From positions 2,784,001 to 2,848,000 of the forward strand of contig CBDCDZ010000004.1 of NCBI GenBank assembly GCA_965215565.1: a stretch of 64,000 nucleotides of DNA, given 5' to 3'. This document shows, piece after piece, positions 43,202 to 52,100 of the stretch (position 1 is the first letter of the stretch; each line of letters opens with the position of its first letter). This stretch comes from Trueperaceae bacterium. GTDB taxonomy: Bacteria > Deinococcota > Deinococci > Deinococcales > Trueperaceae. The notes under the pieces were generated by a model. It ran no database searches and was not told the DNA's origin. It worked only from the letters and a program-made list of their open reading frames with translations. A program made the position numbers and the translations under genes.

Positions 43202-45748
43202 TTAGTTCACGCGGAAGATCACCTGAACGCAAGGTTCATCACCGATGGGATCGGCTTCTCCCTGCTCTTCAAGAGCAATCACTCCACGGCGCGCATAGAG
43301 GCGCAACAACCGCAAAGAGGTAGACTCGCGGCAGTCCGCGCTCCACCATTCGCCGTCGTTACAGCGCTCTAATAGCGCACGCAACAGCACGTTAGAATGC
43401 TGTTGGTATTCGGGTAAAACGGCCAAATCCGCGATGTAGCGGTTGGCACTATCAAAGGTGGCGTACCCGATAACGCCAGCTTCTTCATGTAGGAGCACAA
43501 GGCTTTGGCTGGTAGCCCCGGCTGTGGACACATAGTCCCAGCCTTCGGGGTACACAGCCTCAGCGATGTACTCGGCAGCGTCGAGGTCCTCCTCCAGTCC
43601 CCCGCGCACCCAGACCATTGACTGGCCTTGGATGATTGCAGGGGCGGAGGGGTTCTCCGCTACCAGAACTTGATTTTTTGAGTCGGAGTAGTCCTCCTCG
43701 CCGTACCCCTCTGGAAGGGGTAGAGCTTCGGTGGCTTCCCACCGACTCAGATCGAGGTCGCTCAGACCTGTGCCGATAGTTACCTTGCGGCAACCTTCAG
43801 CGCAGAGGTGCTGAGCAACCTCTTCATAAATTTGCGCAATGACATTGTGTTGGTTCGGGGACAAGCCCTTCGCCTCCACATTATCAAAGCAAACGGACCG
43901 AAATCCGTCGTGCTGGGTTTGCCAAGCCCAGCTCCCAGCTAGAATTTCGCCGTCCTCTTCGATGACAAACAACTGGCTGAAAACGTCAGCCACGGTGCTC
44001 ACCGCGCAGGCGGCACCGAAGCCCTCGAAATGTTGACAGCAGTTCGTGTACTGTCCAAAAAATCCGACTCTTACGTCGGACCGAGGGAGAAAGCGGCCAA
44101 CATAGCCGCCGACTTCCCAGCGCTGGGTGGAGTCGAACGGCTCAGCCACATTTTGGCCGTCCAGATATATCTGCTCGAAAGCAGAATAATCTAATTCTGC
44201 AACGCCCCAATGAGCGGCTTCTAAGGCAAAAGCCCCATGCCGCTGCCCCACGTACTTGCGGGTGCGGCAGGCCGCCAACAGCTCTTTCCAGGGAAGCTTA
44301 CGCTCCTCCTGGGAGAGGTCAGCCCAGTTCTTGGAAACAATTTCCAATTCTGGTAGGGGGCGCGTGCCATTGCGGAACAGCACATGTTCCAACCCTTTGA
44401 GGGCGGCTGGCCCTTCCCTTTGGGGCAGCCAGTAGGATGCGTCGTGGCCGGAACGGCCTAACGCCGCCTGCTTTCGCAGCCACTCACCCCACCGCTTTCC
44501 GAAGGTCACAGCGAGGTAAAGCCCGCTGTGACCGTACCAAGCTAGGTCGGTCCAGTCGATGTAACTATCCCACTCCTCAGAGTGGAGCGCTTCAGTCGCC
44601 TTCTTCCAAGCACTACTTTTCAGGCCAATGATTTGGCCCGGAAGTGCCGCGAAGGCCAGCGCCTTCACCTGTTCCGGTGGCAAAGCCTTGCCGTGGATGG
44701 CAAAAGCCACCCGACGGCGGGTCGCCTCATTGTCCGGCAGGTCGTTTGCAACGGCAGCTAAGCCACCGTTGCGACAGGCTTCATTGAAGCCGTGCCAGAA
44801 ATTTAGCCGCACCTGGCGGTTACGTCGCCAGTGCGCCGGGCTCACCTCATTGGCGAGGCGGGTGGCAACCGCCACCGCCACGAGGCGCTTTTTGAGTGGA
44901 AGACGCCCTAAACGGACGGACTCCCGCTTCCAAGGACGAAAGACGGGCGACATCCGCCACATAGTCGCCGCCGCGACGAGGTCGCGGGGTCGCCCTGGGC
45001 GGCAGAGGTCCACCGACTCGTTCAGGGCGACTTGCGCCTTGACCCAAAGGGGTAGGCGCTTAAATATCTTCGCTGTCGCTACAGCGAAGACTCTAACGGG
45101 GTCGCTATCCCCCTTGATTTTCTCCTCGAGCTGGAGAAAAGCTCGAGCGTCCTCGCCGGTGCGACACCCGGCAAGGTAGAGTTTATCGACCACCGCCGTA
45201 CTGGGCCTGGGACGGAGTGCGCCGACTATCGCCTGGCGCACTCCGTACTCCTCGCGCAGCTTCCCGAAGTCGGGAAGAGGAAGAAGTTGTACTTCCTCCT
45301 CGAATTCATCTGCCCCGAAGTCTTCTTCGACCTCCTCGGGGTATTCCTCGATTTCCTCGAGATATTCGAAATCTTCGGGGTCTTCTTTGACCCCGTCGGC
45401 CTCCTCGAGCCGACGAAGGTAGGCGTGAGCCAGTACCCACGCCTGTGCGTCTCCCCGGACTATCATCCGGGCTCCAGCTTCGGCCCGTGACAGGCCGAAG
45501 CTGGACATTCCCCTCCTTTCTATCTCCGCCCAAGCGAAGAAGCGCTCCCACGCTTCTTCTGCTGATTGTGCCCTTTGGCACATAAATTTCATGTCAGTGG
45601 CAATGAAACCACCACTGACAATGATCTCCCGCTGGGCGGGAGGTAGGGCAGAGCGTTTTAGAAAATCTTGGATTTCGATATACATAACTTTACCCGCTTC
45701 TACGGCGGGTCCTAATTTAGTTGGTAGCCGTATTGCTACCTCCTCCAC
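43202..45748 (-). CDS. Large uncharacterised protein with C-terminal GNAT acetyltransferase-like domain(s)
   Basis: 2.5-kb ORF; YIADLAVLPEYQ and ADCRESTS GNAT motifs; GQYTNCCQH...CFDNVE domain. Start uncertain: GTG 45748 chosen because the track start lies inside a terminator. Confidence 0.7.
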   Translation of the reverse strand: MEEVAIRLPTKLGPAVEAGKVMYIEIQDFLKRSALPPAQREIIVSGGFIATDMKFMCQRAQSAEEAWERFFAWAEIERRGMSSFGLSRAEAGARMIVRGDAQAWVLAHAYLRRLEEADGVKEDPEDFEYLEEIEEYPEEVEEDFGADEFEEEVQLLPLPDFGKLREEYGVRQAIVGALRPRPSTAVVDKLYLAGCRTGEDARAFLQLEEKIKGDSDPVRVFAVATAKIFKRLPLWVKAQVALNESVDLCRPGRPRDLVAAATMWRMSPVFRPWKRESVRLGRLPLKKRLVAVAVATRLANEVSPAHWRRNRQVRLNFWHGFNEACRNGGLAAVANDLPDNEATRRRVAFAIHGKALPPEQVKALAFAALPGQIIGLKSSAWKKATEALHSEEWDSYIDWTDLAWYGHSGLYLAVTFGKRWGEWLRKQAALGRSGHDASYWLPQREGPAALKGLEHVLFRNGTRPLPELEIVSKNWADLSQEERKLPWKELLAACRTRKYVGQRHGAFALEAAHWGVAELDYSAFEQIYLDGQNVAEPFDSTQRWEVGGYVGRFLPRSDVRVGFFGQYTNCCQHFEGFGAACAVSTVADVFSQLFVIEEDGEILAGSWAWQTQHDGFRSVCFDNVEAKGLSPNQHNVIAQIYEEVAQHLCAEGCRKVTIGTGLSDLDLSRWEATEALPLPEGYGEEDYSDSKNQVLVAENPSAPAIIQGQSMVWVRGGLEEDLDAAEYIAEAVYPEGWDYVSTAGATSQSLVLLHEEAGVIGYATFDSANRYIADLAVLPEYQQHSNVLLRALLERCNDGEWWSADCRESTSLRLLRLYARRGVIALEEQGEADPIGDEPCVQVIFRVN

Positions 45749-45819
45749 CCTAAACCTTTCTCCAACAGCGCGTGAGAATAAGGATAAACAGCGTGCAGAA
45801 CGGCGCAAACCACACAACC

Positions 45820-45854
45820 AAAAAAAAGACACCCCTTTGTAGCGAGGGTGTCTT
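45820..45854 (-). terminator. Intrinsic terminator after Nudix-like gene
   Basis: Minus strand AAGACACCC...GGGTGTCTTTTTTTT. Confidence 0.75.
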
Positions 45855-45938
45855 AATATCCTCTTCCGTAGAGATGAGAGGACGGAGTTTGGTAACGCGG
45901 TGGCTCCTCGTCCGCGCGGATGTTACTTATTCTCTAGG

Positions 45939-46472
45939 CTACTGCCAGGAGAAGTAAGTGGATTTGTCCGGTTGCCGCTCTATGTAACCTCGGGGGTCAT
46001 AGGCTTCAACCGGCAGCTCAACGCTTAGATTGATTACTCGGTATACGCTCACCAATCCAGGATACGAAGGAGAGGTTTTCACCTTCTCCTCAGTATCGCC
46101 CTGCAAGAAGTCGAGAGTACCTGCTATTTCAGCGGATAGTCCCAACTCTTCTTGGAGGGCGCGTTTCGCCGCAGCAAATGGGTCCTCACCTGGCTTGAAC
46201 TTTTCAGCCAAGGCGGTGAGTCCCCGTTCACGGACTCGTCCATCCACGAAAACCTGACGGTCTTCGACCAGTTTCTCCCCGTAGGGAGACTGGATTTCTA
46301 TGGAAACTAAAGAGATAACGCGGCGCAGAACGCCGCCCTCGACTTCGAAAACGGTTTCACCCTCCTCTACCTCTTTCAGGAGGTGAGCTAAGGTTTTCGC
46401 CTCCCCCTTCCCAAAAAGGTTAGGGTTGACGTTGTTTTCGTTGAGTAGAGAGACAAGAGATTTAATATCCAT
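45939..46472 (-). CDS. Nudix-fold protein with divergent Nudix box
   Basis: AEKFKPGEDPFAAAKRALQEELGL resembles GX5EX7REUXEEXGU. Confidence 0.7.
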   Translation of the reverse strand: MDIKSLVSLLNENNVNPNLFGKGEAKTLAHLLKEVEEGETVFEVEGGVLRRVISLVSIEIQSPYGEKLVEDRQVFVDGRVRERGLTALAEKFKPGEDPFAAAKRALQEELGLSAEIAGTLDFLQGDTEEKVKTSPSYPGLVSVYRVINLSVELPVEAYDPRGYIERQPDKSTYFSWQ

Positions 46473-46686
46473 GTTGTTATCCTATATACGTTTCTACACG
46501 TAGTATGACAGGCTCGAGCCCCCCACGCGCAGCTAAGCCAGGGCGCAAATGAGGTTATCCAACACTGCTAGCCCTACCATCCTCTGGTTTAGCCGCCTCT
46601 ACACAGGTCTAAAGCTAAAGGTTGACGTTCTGAATACAGTCCTTTAGGTACATCTCGAGCCTTACCAAAGCCTTAAAGCTGCCACA

Positions 46687-46766
46687 TCAAAGCGGAACCT
46701 CTGCGCAGGTCCCAACCTTTCCAAGGAGAAGTCTGGATGAGACGGGTTGATGAGGTAAGTGTGCTC
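46687..46766 (-). pseudogene. Duplicated 3' fragment of the RES toxin gene
   Basis: 73/80 nt identical to 47588-47667 by manual alignment; encodes EHTYLINPSHPDFSLERLGPAQRFRF. Confidence 0.85.
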
Positions 46767-46821
46767 TTGTAGAAGCGCCACGCAAGCGTTTAGGATGCGG
46801 TAGCTCAAAAGCCGCTGCGCT

Positions 46822-47256
46822 TCACGAGATTGTTGTGCCTTCTGCAGGATATCGCCCCAGCGCCTGCAACGCTTCGCGCTCCAAGAGCCTCTCGCGGATG
46901 TTGAGTTGCAGCAGGCGTTCGGTCACACGAGCTACATCTGTAAGCGGCGCAATGTGCACGCCGCTCAGGTCAAAGTGACTCATCCAGCGATCCTCTCGGG
47001 GGTTGTAAAAGCGGACGAACGCATCGGTGCGCCGGTCGATAGAGCCTACATCGCTCCCCTTGGCACGGTTACAGACTATACAAGCAAGCGCTAAATTATC
47101 CTCTTCGGTCGCTCCGCCGTGCTTCTCGCTGATGATGTGGTCGATTTGCAGCGCGTAGTAGCTATCGTCTTCGTGAATCAAGCAGTATTCGCAGCATTTT
47201 CTCGCCCTATCTGCCACGTACTGGCGCAGGTCAGCAGAGATATACGCTTTACTCAC
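46822..47256 (-). CDS. HNH endonuclease, putative toxin
   Basis: CCEYC, IDHIISEKHGG, NLALACIVCNRAKG, FYNPR; overlaps upstream small gene. Confidence 0.9.
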   Translation of the reverse strand: MSKAYISADLRQYVADRARKCCEYCLIHEDDSYYALQIDHIISEKHGGATEEDNLALACIVCNRAKGSDVGSIDRRTDAFVRFYNPREDRWMSHFDLSGVHIAPLTDVARVTERLLQLNIRERLLEREALQALGRYPAEGTTIS

Positions 47257-47482
47257 CCAGGAGACGCCTAGCCTTCGCCTTCGCTAAACGCATGACGTGC
47301 TCGAGCTGCATGTACTGGTCTAGCTCACGGCGCTCGTCCTCGGACAACCCCTGTGCCCTCTCCCTCTCGACGAGTTCTTCGAGACGCGCCTGCGCCTGTT
47401 CAGAGGGGCGAAAGGAGACGACGCTCGAGGGGTTCGCGCCCGCGATTAGGTCAACGATCTCTTGGTAAGCGAGGATTGCCAT
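47249..47482 (-). CDS. Small helical protein, putative antitoxin of the HNH nuclease
   Basis: FRPSEQAQARLEELV...LSEDERRELD...LAKAKA; TACAAT-N6-ATG start. Confidence 0.75.
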   Translation of the reverse strand: MAILAYQEIVDLIAGANPSSVVSFRPSEQAQARLEELVERERAQGLSEDERRELDQYMQLEHVMRLAKAKARRLLGE

Positions 47483-47559
47483 AGCCCTATTGTACCTTGT
47501 AGCAGGTATGCTCCACCATTCGTTTGCACCATTCAACGATAAGGAAGAGCCCTCAGCCC

Positions 47560-48057
47560 CTACTCCAACAAGCTCACCACCCGCGCGTCAAAGCGGAACC
47601 TCTGCGCAGGTCCCAACCTCTCCAAGGAGAAGCCCGGATGAGCTGGGTTGATGAGGTAGTTGTGCTCCTGGGGTAAGACCGCACTCGGCACGCGCAAGAG
47701 CAACGAAGCCTGCCGCGCCGCCCAGTCGTCGCCTATCTGCTGGGTAAGTTTTGGCGGCGGCGCGTGCCAATTCGGGGGGACCGGCTTGCGGTTCCAGTCC
47801 TCGGGAAGCTGCTCGTCAGAGAGGCGCAAAGCGTCCGCCTCCTCAAAGTGAAATTCGTGGACCCACAATCCTTCTAAGCCGCGCACTGAGAGGGTGTGAA
47901 CGAGCCGCTCCAACGAGGCGAGGGCGAGTGAGCCTGAGGTGTAGACAACGCGGGTGCCGGGGCTGTTCCAGCGCCCCCCGGCCCTGGCTGCGCCAACGCC
48001 GCTAAACGCATCCGCAGCGTGGTGGTAGGGCTCGCTTACCAATCGGTAGCATGTCAG
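47560..48057 (-). CDS. RES domain toxin (NAD-targeting, MbcT/ParT-like)
   Basis: YRL, GGRWNSPG, VVYTS.SLALA.LE, VPSAV, NYLINP; start possibly CTG 48057. Confidence 0.9.
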   Translation of the reverse strand: MTCYRLVSEPYHHAADAFSGVGAARAGGRWNSPGTRVVYTSGSLALASLERLVHTLSVRGLEGLWVHEFHFEEADALRLSDEQLPEDWNRKPVPPNWHAPPPKLTQQIGDDWAARQASLLLRVPSAVLPQEHNYLINPAHPGFSLERLGPAQRFRFDARVVSLLE

Positions 48058-48467
48058 AGCACAACACCCTCAGCAATTTGCCGCAAGTAGCGCTCCACAG
48101 CCTCTAAGCCCGGCGCAGTGCGGGCGAGGGTGAGGGGCGACGTGCCGAGGTTGGGGTTAGGCTCTCTCAGCCAACGCCGTGCGTCCTCAGGATGCCCGAT
48201 GGCTTGCTCAGCCTGCTCGAGCAAACGCCGCACCTCGTACACGCGGCTCGACTCCGCCGCGCTCAGGCGCTTACCGCGCCGCCGCGCCAAGGTGCCGCCG
48301 CTCAGTCCAAGTACATCGGCTAACTCGCGCTGGGTCAGCCCTAAATCCTGCGCTAACGTCTCGAAGGCGGCGAAAGGATAACCCGCCTCAACCTGACTGA
48401 TGAGTTGAGGCAGGGAGGGTTGCGGCTTTGGGCTCACCGCGTTCACGTGCGGTACGAAAACATTCAT
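48054..48467 (-). CDS. Xre/MbcA/ParS family antitoxin
   Basis: HTH plus LSAAESSR and ARRWL.EPN..LG.SP; upstream of RES gene. Confidence 0.9.
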   Translation of the reverse strand: MNVFVPHVNAVSPKPQPSLPQLISQVEAGYPFAAFETLAQDLGLTQRELADVLGLSGGTLARRRGKRLSAAESSRVYEVRRLLEQAEQAIGHPEDARRWLREPNPNLGTSPLTLARTAPGLEAVERYLRQIAEGVVL

Positions 48468-48634
48468 GCCCATATGATAGCACGAAAAGGACCGTTTGAA
48501 TTTTGTATATGAGGTGTGCCTTCGGTGACGGGTACATTCGGACGCTACGAACAGCGAATAGGGACGAATTTCGCCCTGGGTTCCACGTCACCCCGGTCAT
48601 AGGGCTCTAGGGGCGGCTCGAGGTGAGTACGCCG

Positions 48635-49063
48635 CTAAGCAAGGGGCAGCGCGACCTGAGCCAAATCTGTTTGGGAGAAGTCCTCACCGACGAAGGCCAG
48701 CACCTCATCTCGGTTGGCGGCTAGCGCGTAAACGACCACATCGCCGAAGTTCAGCCCTGCCGGGTGCCCCTGCCCCTTGCCGTAACGGGAGTACGCCCGC
48801 TGCGCAAGCCGCGCTTGCGCCGCGCCAAAAGGGACAACTTCCGCGCCGAGTGTATCTAAAAGCGCATCTATGACCGTCTCGGGGTCCTCCTCAGCAACTG
48901 AGGAGCCGCCACGCCTTTGGCGGCCTTTAAGAACGGCGTGTACCTCTACGAGCGACACCGCCGAGAGGGTGAGACGCGGCTGCGAGGCCAAAAAGCGCAG
49001 GCTCTCCTGCCAGCCCGTTTCCCGAAAGACAATATGAATAAGGACGCTCGAGTCAACAACCAT
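48635..49063 (-). CDS. VapC/PIN domain toxin
   Basis: MVVDSS, YGKGQGHPAGLNFGD, GEDFSQTD. Confidence 0.92.
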   Translation of the reverse strand: MVVDSSVLIHIVFRETGWQESLRFLASQPRLTLSAVSLVEVHAVLKGRQRRGGSSVAEEDPETVIDALLDTLGAEVVPFGAAQARLAQRAYSRYGKGQGHPAGLNFGDVVVYALAANRDEVLAFVGEDFSQTDLAQVALPLA

Positions 49064-49086
49064 GTAAGTTCAAACAACTGCGCACG

Positions 49087-49335
49087 CTAAAGCTCGAGCA
49101 GCGCCTCTTGCTCAGCTTTGCTAGGCGCTCTACCTAAGCTCTCTGGTTCGATAAGGGGGTGCAAGCGCTCTCGGGCTAAACGGATGGCGGCGTCGGCTCG
49201 CTTATCAGCCTCTAAGCTCTTCAGGTACAGCTCGAGAGCGTCCGTCAGGGTCTCCGTCTTGCCCCGCTCGGTCAGTTGGGCTGCGCGGTCTAGGAGTTCT
49301 GCCGCTCGAGCGTTCTTGACATTGATCTGTTTCAT
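49087..49335 (-). CDS. VapB family antitoxin
   Basis: QINVKN.RAAEL...TERGKTE RHH-like; upstream of VapC. Confidence 0.82.
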   Translation of the reverse strand: MKQINVKNARAAELLDRAAQLTERGKTETLTDALELYLKSLEADKRADAAIRLARERLHPLIEPESLGRAPSKAEQEALLEL

Positions 49336-49861
49336 AAGGTCAGCTTAGCAAATTTCTATAGAAAAGTCGAGATGTTCTATAACCATACGCGGCTCTCTAA
49401 GACCACTCGACACAGAGCCCACACCCCCGCAAACTCGCACAAGCCCCGTTATAGACGCAAAAATTGCACCCGCAAGAGGTATTCAGCGGCGAGATTTACT
49501 TCGGTCAACCCCTCTGAATGCGCCGCCACCCCTCATTCGCAACAAAACGCCCTTTACCCCGTCCAGCACGCACCTCTTCACCTCAACGAGCTACCCAACA
49601 CGCACCCCTACTACCAGACGAGCCCCATTCACATGCGCCCCGCTGTGAAGCCGCACCGGAGCGAGAAATGCTGTGTAGCACGCGAAAGGTGGGGGTTGAG
49701 GCGGGGTGTTTGGGTTGGGTGAGGTGGGGCTGGGCTCGAGGGTGAGAGTCGTCTCGTCACCTTGCCCCCTCTTCATCCCCGTGGCGCAGCCTAAAGGACG
49801 CGCGCCGCCCCCTCCTTTGCTAAGCTGACGGTGTCGTTTTAGCGTTGGAGGAATAGACGCA

Positions 49862-50095
49862 ATGACAAAAGAAAATGCAAAAGTGCTTCGCTTATTGAAG
49901 CATTACACCAAACGGGGCTGGTACAAGCCATGCTCCGACTTCCTGACTCAGCTAGAGATAGCCAGTCAGGAAAAAGAGGAGATGCAGCAACTGCTGGATA
50001 CCCTCTCCTCTTCAGAAGGTGTAGTGTTCTACTACAACTACTGGAGACTCTCGAGGAAGCTTGATGGGCTGCTCGAGAGAGAAGACCGTGCTTAA
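49862..50095 (+). CDS. Hypothetical protein
   Basis: 77-aa ORF with GGAGG SD and upstream TAAGCT; no recognised motif. Confidence 0.5.
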   Translation: MTKENAKVLRLLKHYTKRGWYKPCSDFLTQLEIASQEKEEMQQLLDTLSSSEGVVFYYNYWRLSRKLDGLLEREDRA

Positions 50096-50193
50096 ACGCC
50101 CGGTTTTAAGGTGAGCCTTCCCAGGTTCACCTTTCTTATTACACTGAACTTATTCCGCCGCCGTTTTTTCATTGGAGTGCCGGGCTGCGCGTT

Positions 50194-51126
50194 TTACTTC
50201 TTCCGCTTAAACCAACCGAAGCGGCTTCCTTTCACCTCTTCTGTCACCTCGGCGGCGTCGCTCTGCGTCTGCTTCACGCGGCTCGCCCGCCCGACTTGGG
50301 GTGGCAGTTGCACGGTGTCGGCGCTGAGCCCGGCGGCTTTGCTAAAGGCGGTGATAAAGTCGCGCACGGTCTTGAAGCGTTTGCTCTGATCGCGCGACAT
50401 GGCTGTTTTGACGACGCTGTTGACGGTGGCGCTTAGCTCGGGGCGGTGATGGCGCAAGTTTTTGGGTAAGCCCGAGAGGTGCGCCATCATCAAGTCTTGC
50501 TGCGTGTTGCCCGTGAAAGGACGCTCACCTGCAATGACCTCATAGGCGAGGATGCCTAAGCTGTACACGTCGCTCTGGACGGTGGCGTTGTGACCTTGAA
50601 AGATTTCGGGAGCCATGTAGAAGGCGGTGCCGACGCGCTCGCTGGACGTTTCGGTCAGGTAGAGCCCGGTGCCGAAGTCGCCTAGCTTGGCCCGGTCCTC
50701 AGCGACGAGAAAGACGTTGGCGGGTTTGATGTCGCGGTGGAGAATCTGGCGCGTGTGGGCGTGCGCGAGCCCTTTAGCCACGTCCATGATGAGCTTATAG
50801 GCAAGCTCTAAAGGGAGTTGACCGCGCTCTAAAAGCCGCTGGTCCAGGGTTCCGCCGGGGCACAGCTCGAGCGCCAAAAACGCCCCGTCCCCGGTAGGAT
50901 GACCGCCCAACGCGCCGACGATATTAGGATGTCTGAGGTTCATCGTAAACTGCACTTCGTTTTCGAACATGCGCCGCAAGACGGGCTGCGCGTGCAGCTC
51001 AGGTCTCGGTAGTTTAAGCGCGACTTCCCCCTGCTTGGGGTGCCCGGCGCGGTAGACGTAGGAGGTCTGACCGGAGCCTAAGAGCCGGAACACTTGATAG
51101 TCAGGGGGGGTGTAGGTGGGTTCCAT
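50194..51126 (-). CDS. Hanks-type Ser/Thr protein kinase
   Basis: LGSG, VALK, HRDIKPAN, DFG, YMAPE, SDVYSLG. Confidence 0.93.
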   Translation of the reverse strand: MEPTYTPPDYQVFRLLGSGQTSYVYRAGHPKQGEVALKLPRPELHAQPVLRRMFENEVQFTMNLRHPNIVGALGGHPTGDGAFLALELCPGGTLDQRLLERGQLPLELAYKLIMDVAKGLAHAHTRQILHRDIKPANVFLVAEDRAKLGDFGTGLYLTETSSERVGTAFYMAPEIFQGHNATVQSDVYSLGILAYEVIAGERPFTGNTQQDLMMAHLSGLPKNLRHHRPELSATVNSVVKTAMSRDQSKRFKTVRDFITAFSKAAGLSADTVQLPPQVGRASRVKQTQSDAAEVTEEVKGSRFGWFKRKK

Positions 51127-51140
51127 AGAGGGGGGTGTCC

Positions 51141-51815
51141 TTAAAGGTCGGTGCTCTCTCCGGGGGACAAGACGGTGCAGCGGCTATCCGTTTGGCTCTC
51201 GACGGAGGACTTGAACGCCTCGGGGTCTTGCTGGATGACCTCGAAGGTGTTGTAGTGAACGGGGATGACCCTTTGAGGCTGGATCATCTTGACGGCCTCG
51301 AGCGCGTCCTCCGGTCCCATCGTGAAGTTGTCGCCGATGGGCAAGATAGCCAAATCGACGCCGCCCCTAGCGATGAGCTTCATGTCGCTGAAGAGCGCCG
51401 TGTCGCCCGCGTGGTAGATGCGCTTGCCTTGGGTCTCGAGGAGAAGACCTGAGGGCATTCCGGCGTAGGTGCCGTCAGGTAGCGAGTTTGAGTGCCACGC
51501 TGGGGTGTAGGTCACTTTGCCGAAAGGAAAGTCAAAGCTGCCGCCGACGTTCATCGGGTGCCCCTGGATGTCTTTTTCGCCCAGATAGTTGACGACTTCG
51601 AAGCTCGAGACCACCGTCGCTCCGCTCCTTTTGGCGATGTTTTCGGTGTCACCGTAGTGGTCGGGGTGCGCGTGCGTCAAGACGATGTGCGAGGGCGAGA
51701 ACTCGTCCGGGCTGTTCACAGCAAGTTCGTTGCCCGAAAGAAACGGGTCAATCAAGATGCTGTGACCGTTTGTTTCGATATGAAAGCCGGATTGTCCTAA
51801 AAAGGTAATCTTCAT
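51141..51815 (-). CDS. UPF0173 metal-dependent hydrolase (metallo-beta-lactamase fold)
   Basis: IDPF, THAHPDH, YHAGDT, LPIGDNFTM, PVHYNTF. Confidence 0.9.
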   Translation of the reverse strand: MKITFLGQSGFHIETNGHSILIDPFLSGNELAVNSPDEFSPSHIVLTHAHPDHYGDTENIAKRSGATVVSSFEVVNYLGEKDIQGHPMNVGGSFDFPFGKVTYTPAWHSNSLPDGTYAGMPSGLLLETQGKRIYHAGDTALFSDMKLIARGGVDLAILPIGDNFTMGPEDALEAVKMIQPQRVIPVHYNTFEVIQQDPEAFKSSVESQTDSRCTVLSPGESTDL

Positions 51816-52100
51816 AATGCCTCCTGCATCTTACCGTACGTTCATCATATGGGGTTGTGAAAGTATTCTAACGTGGGGAGGGGTTCCGAAGCGAATACCG
51901 CCGCGCCTCCTTCTGCTGCCGCTACGCTACGCAATCAACAAGGGGTTTCAACTCCTTGCTTTGACATCATCGCTCCAGACAAAGCCACTGCGAGATACGA
52001 TAATAAGTCGGTTGAGCAAGGTGCTGTGTATGGGGAGGCAGGTCAACTCAACAATAGAGTGAGTATTCGGCGACGGTTAAGGCGGTGAGACACGCACTAC

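Noticed and set aside
39960..49745. Integron cassette array or prophage
   Set aside because: No integrase, attC-like sites or virion genes; modules lie in both orientations.
49372..49776. ORFs in the gap after vapB
   Set aside because: Low-complexity, strand-skewed sequence with no SD or protein motif.
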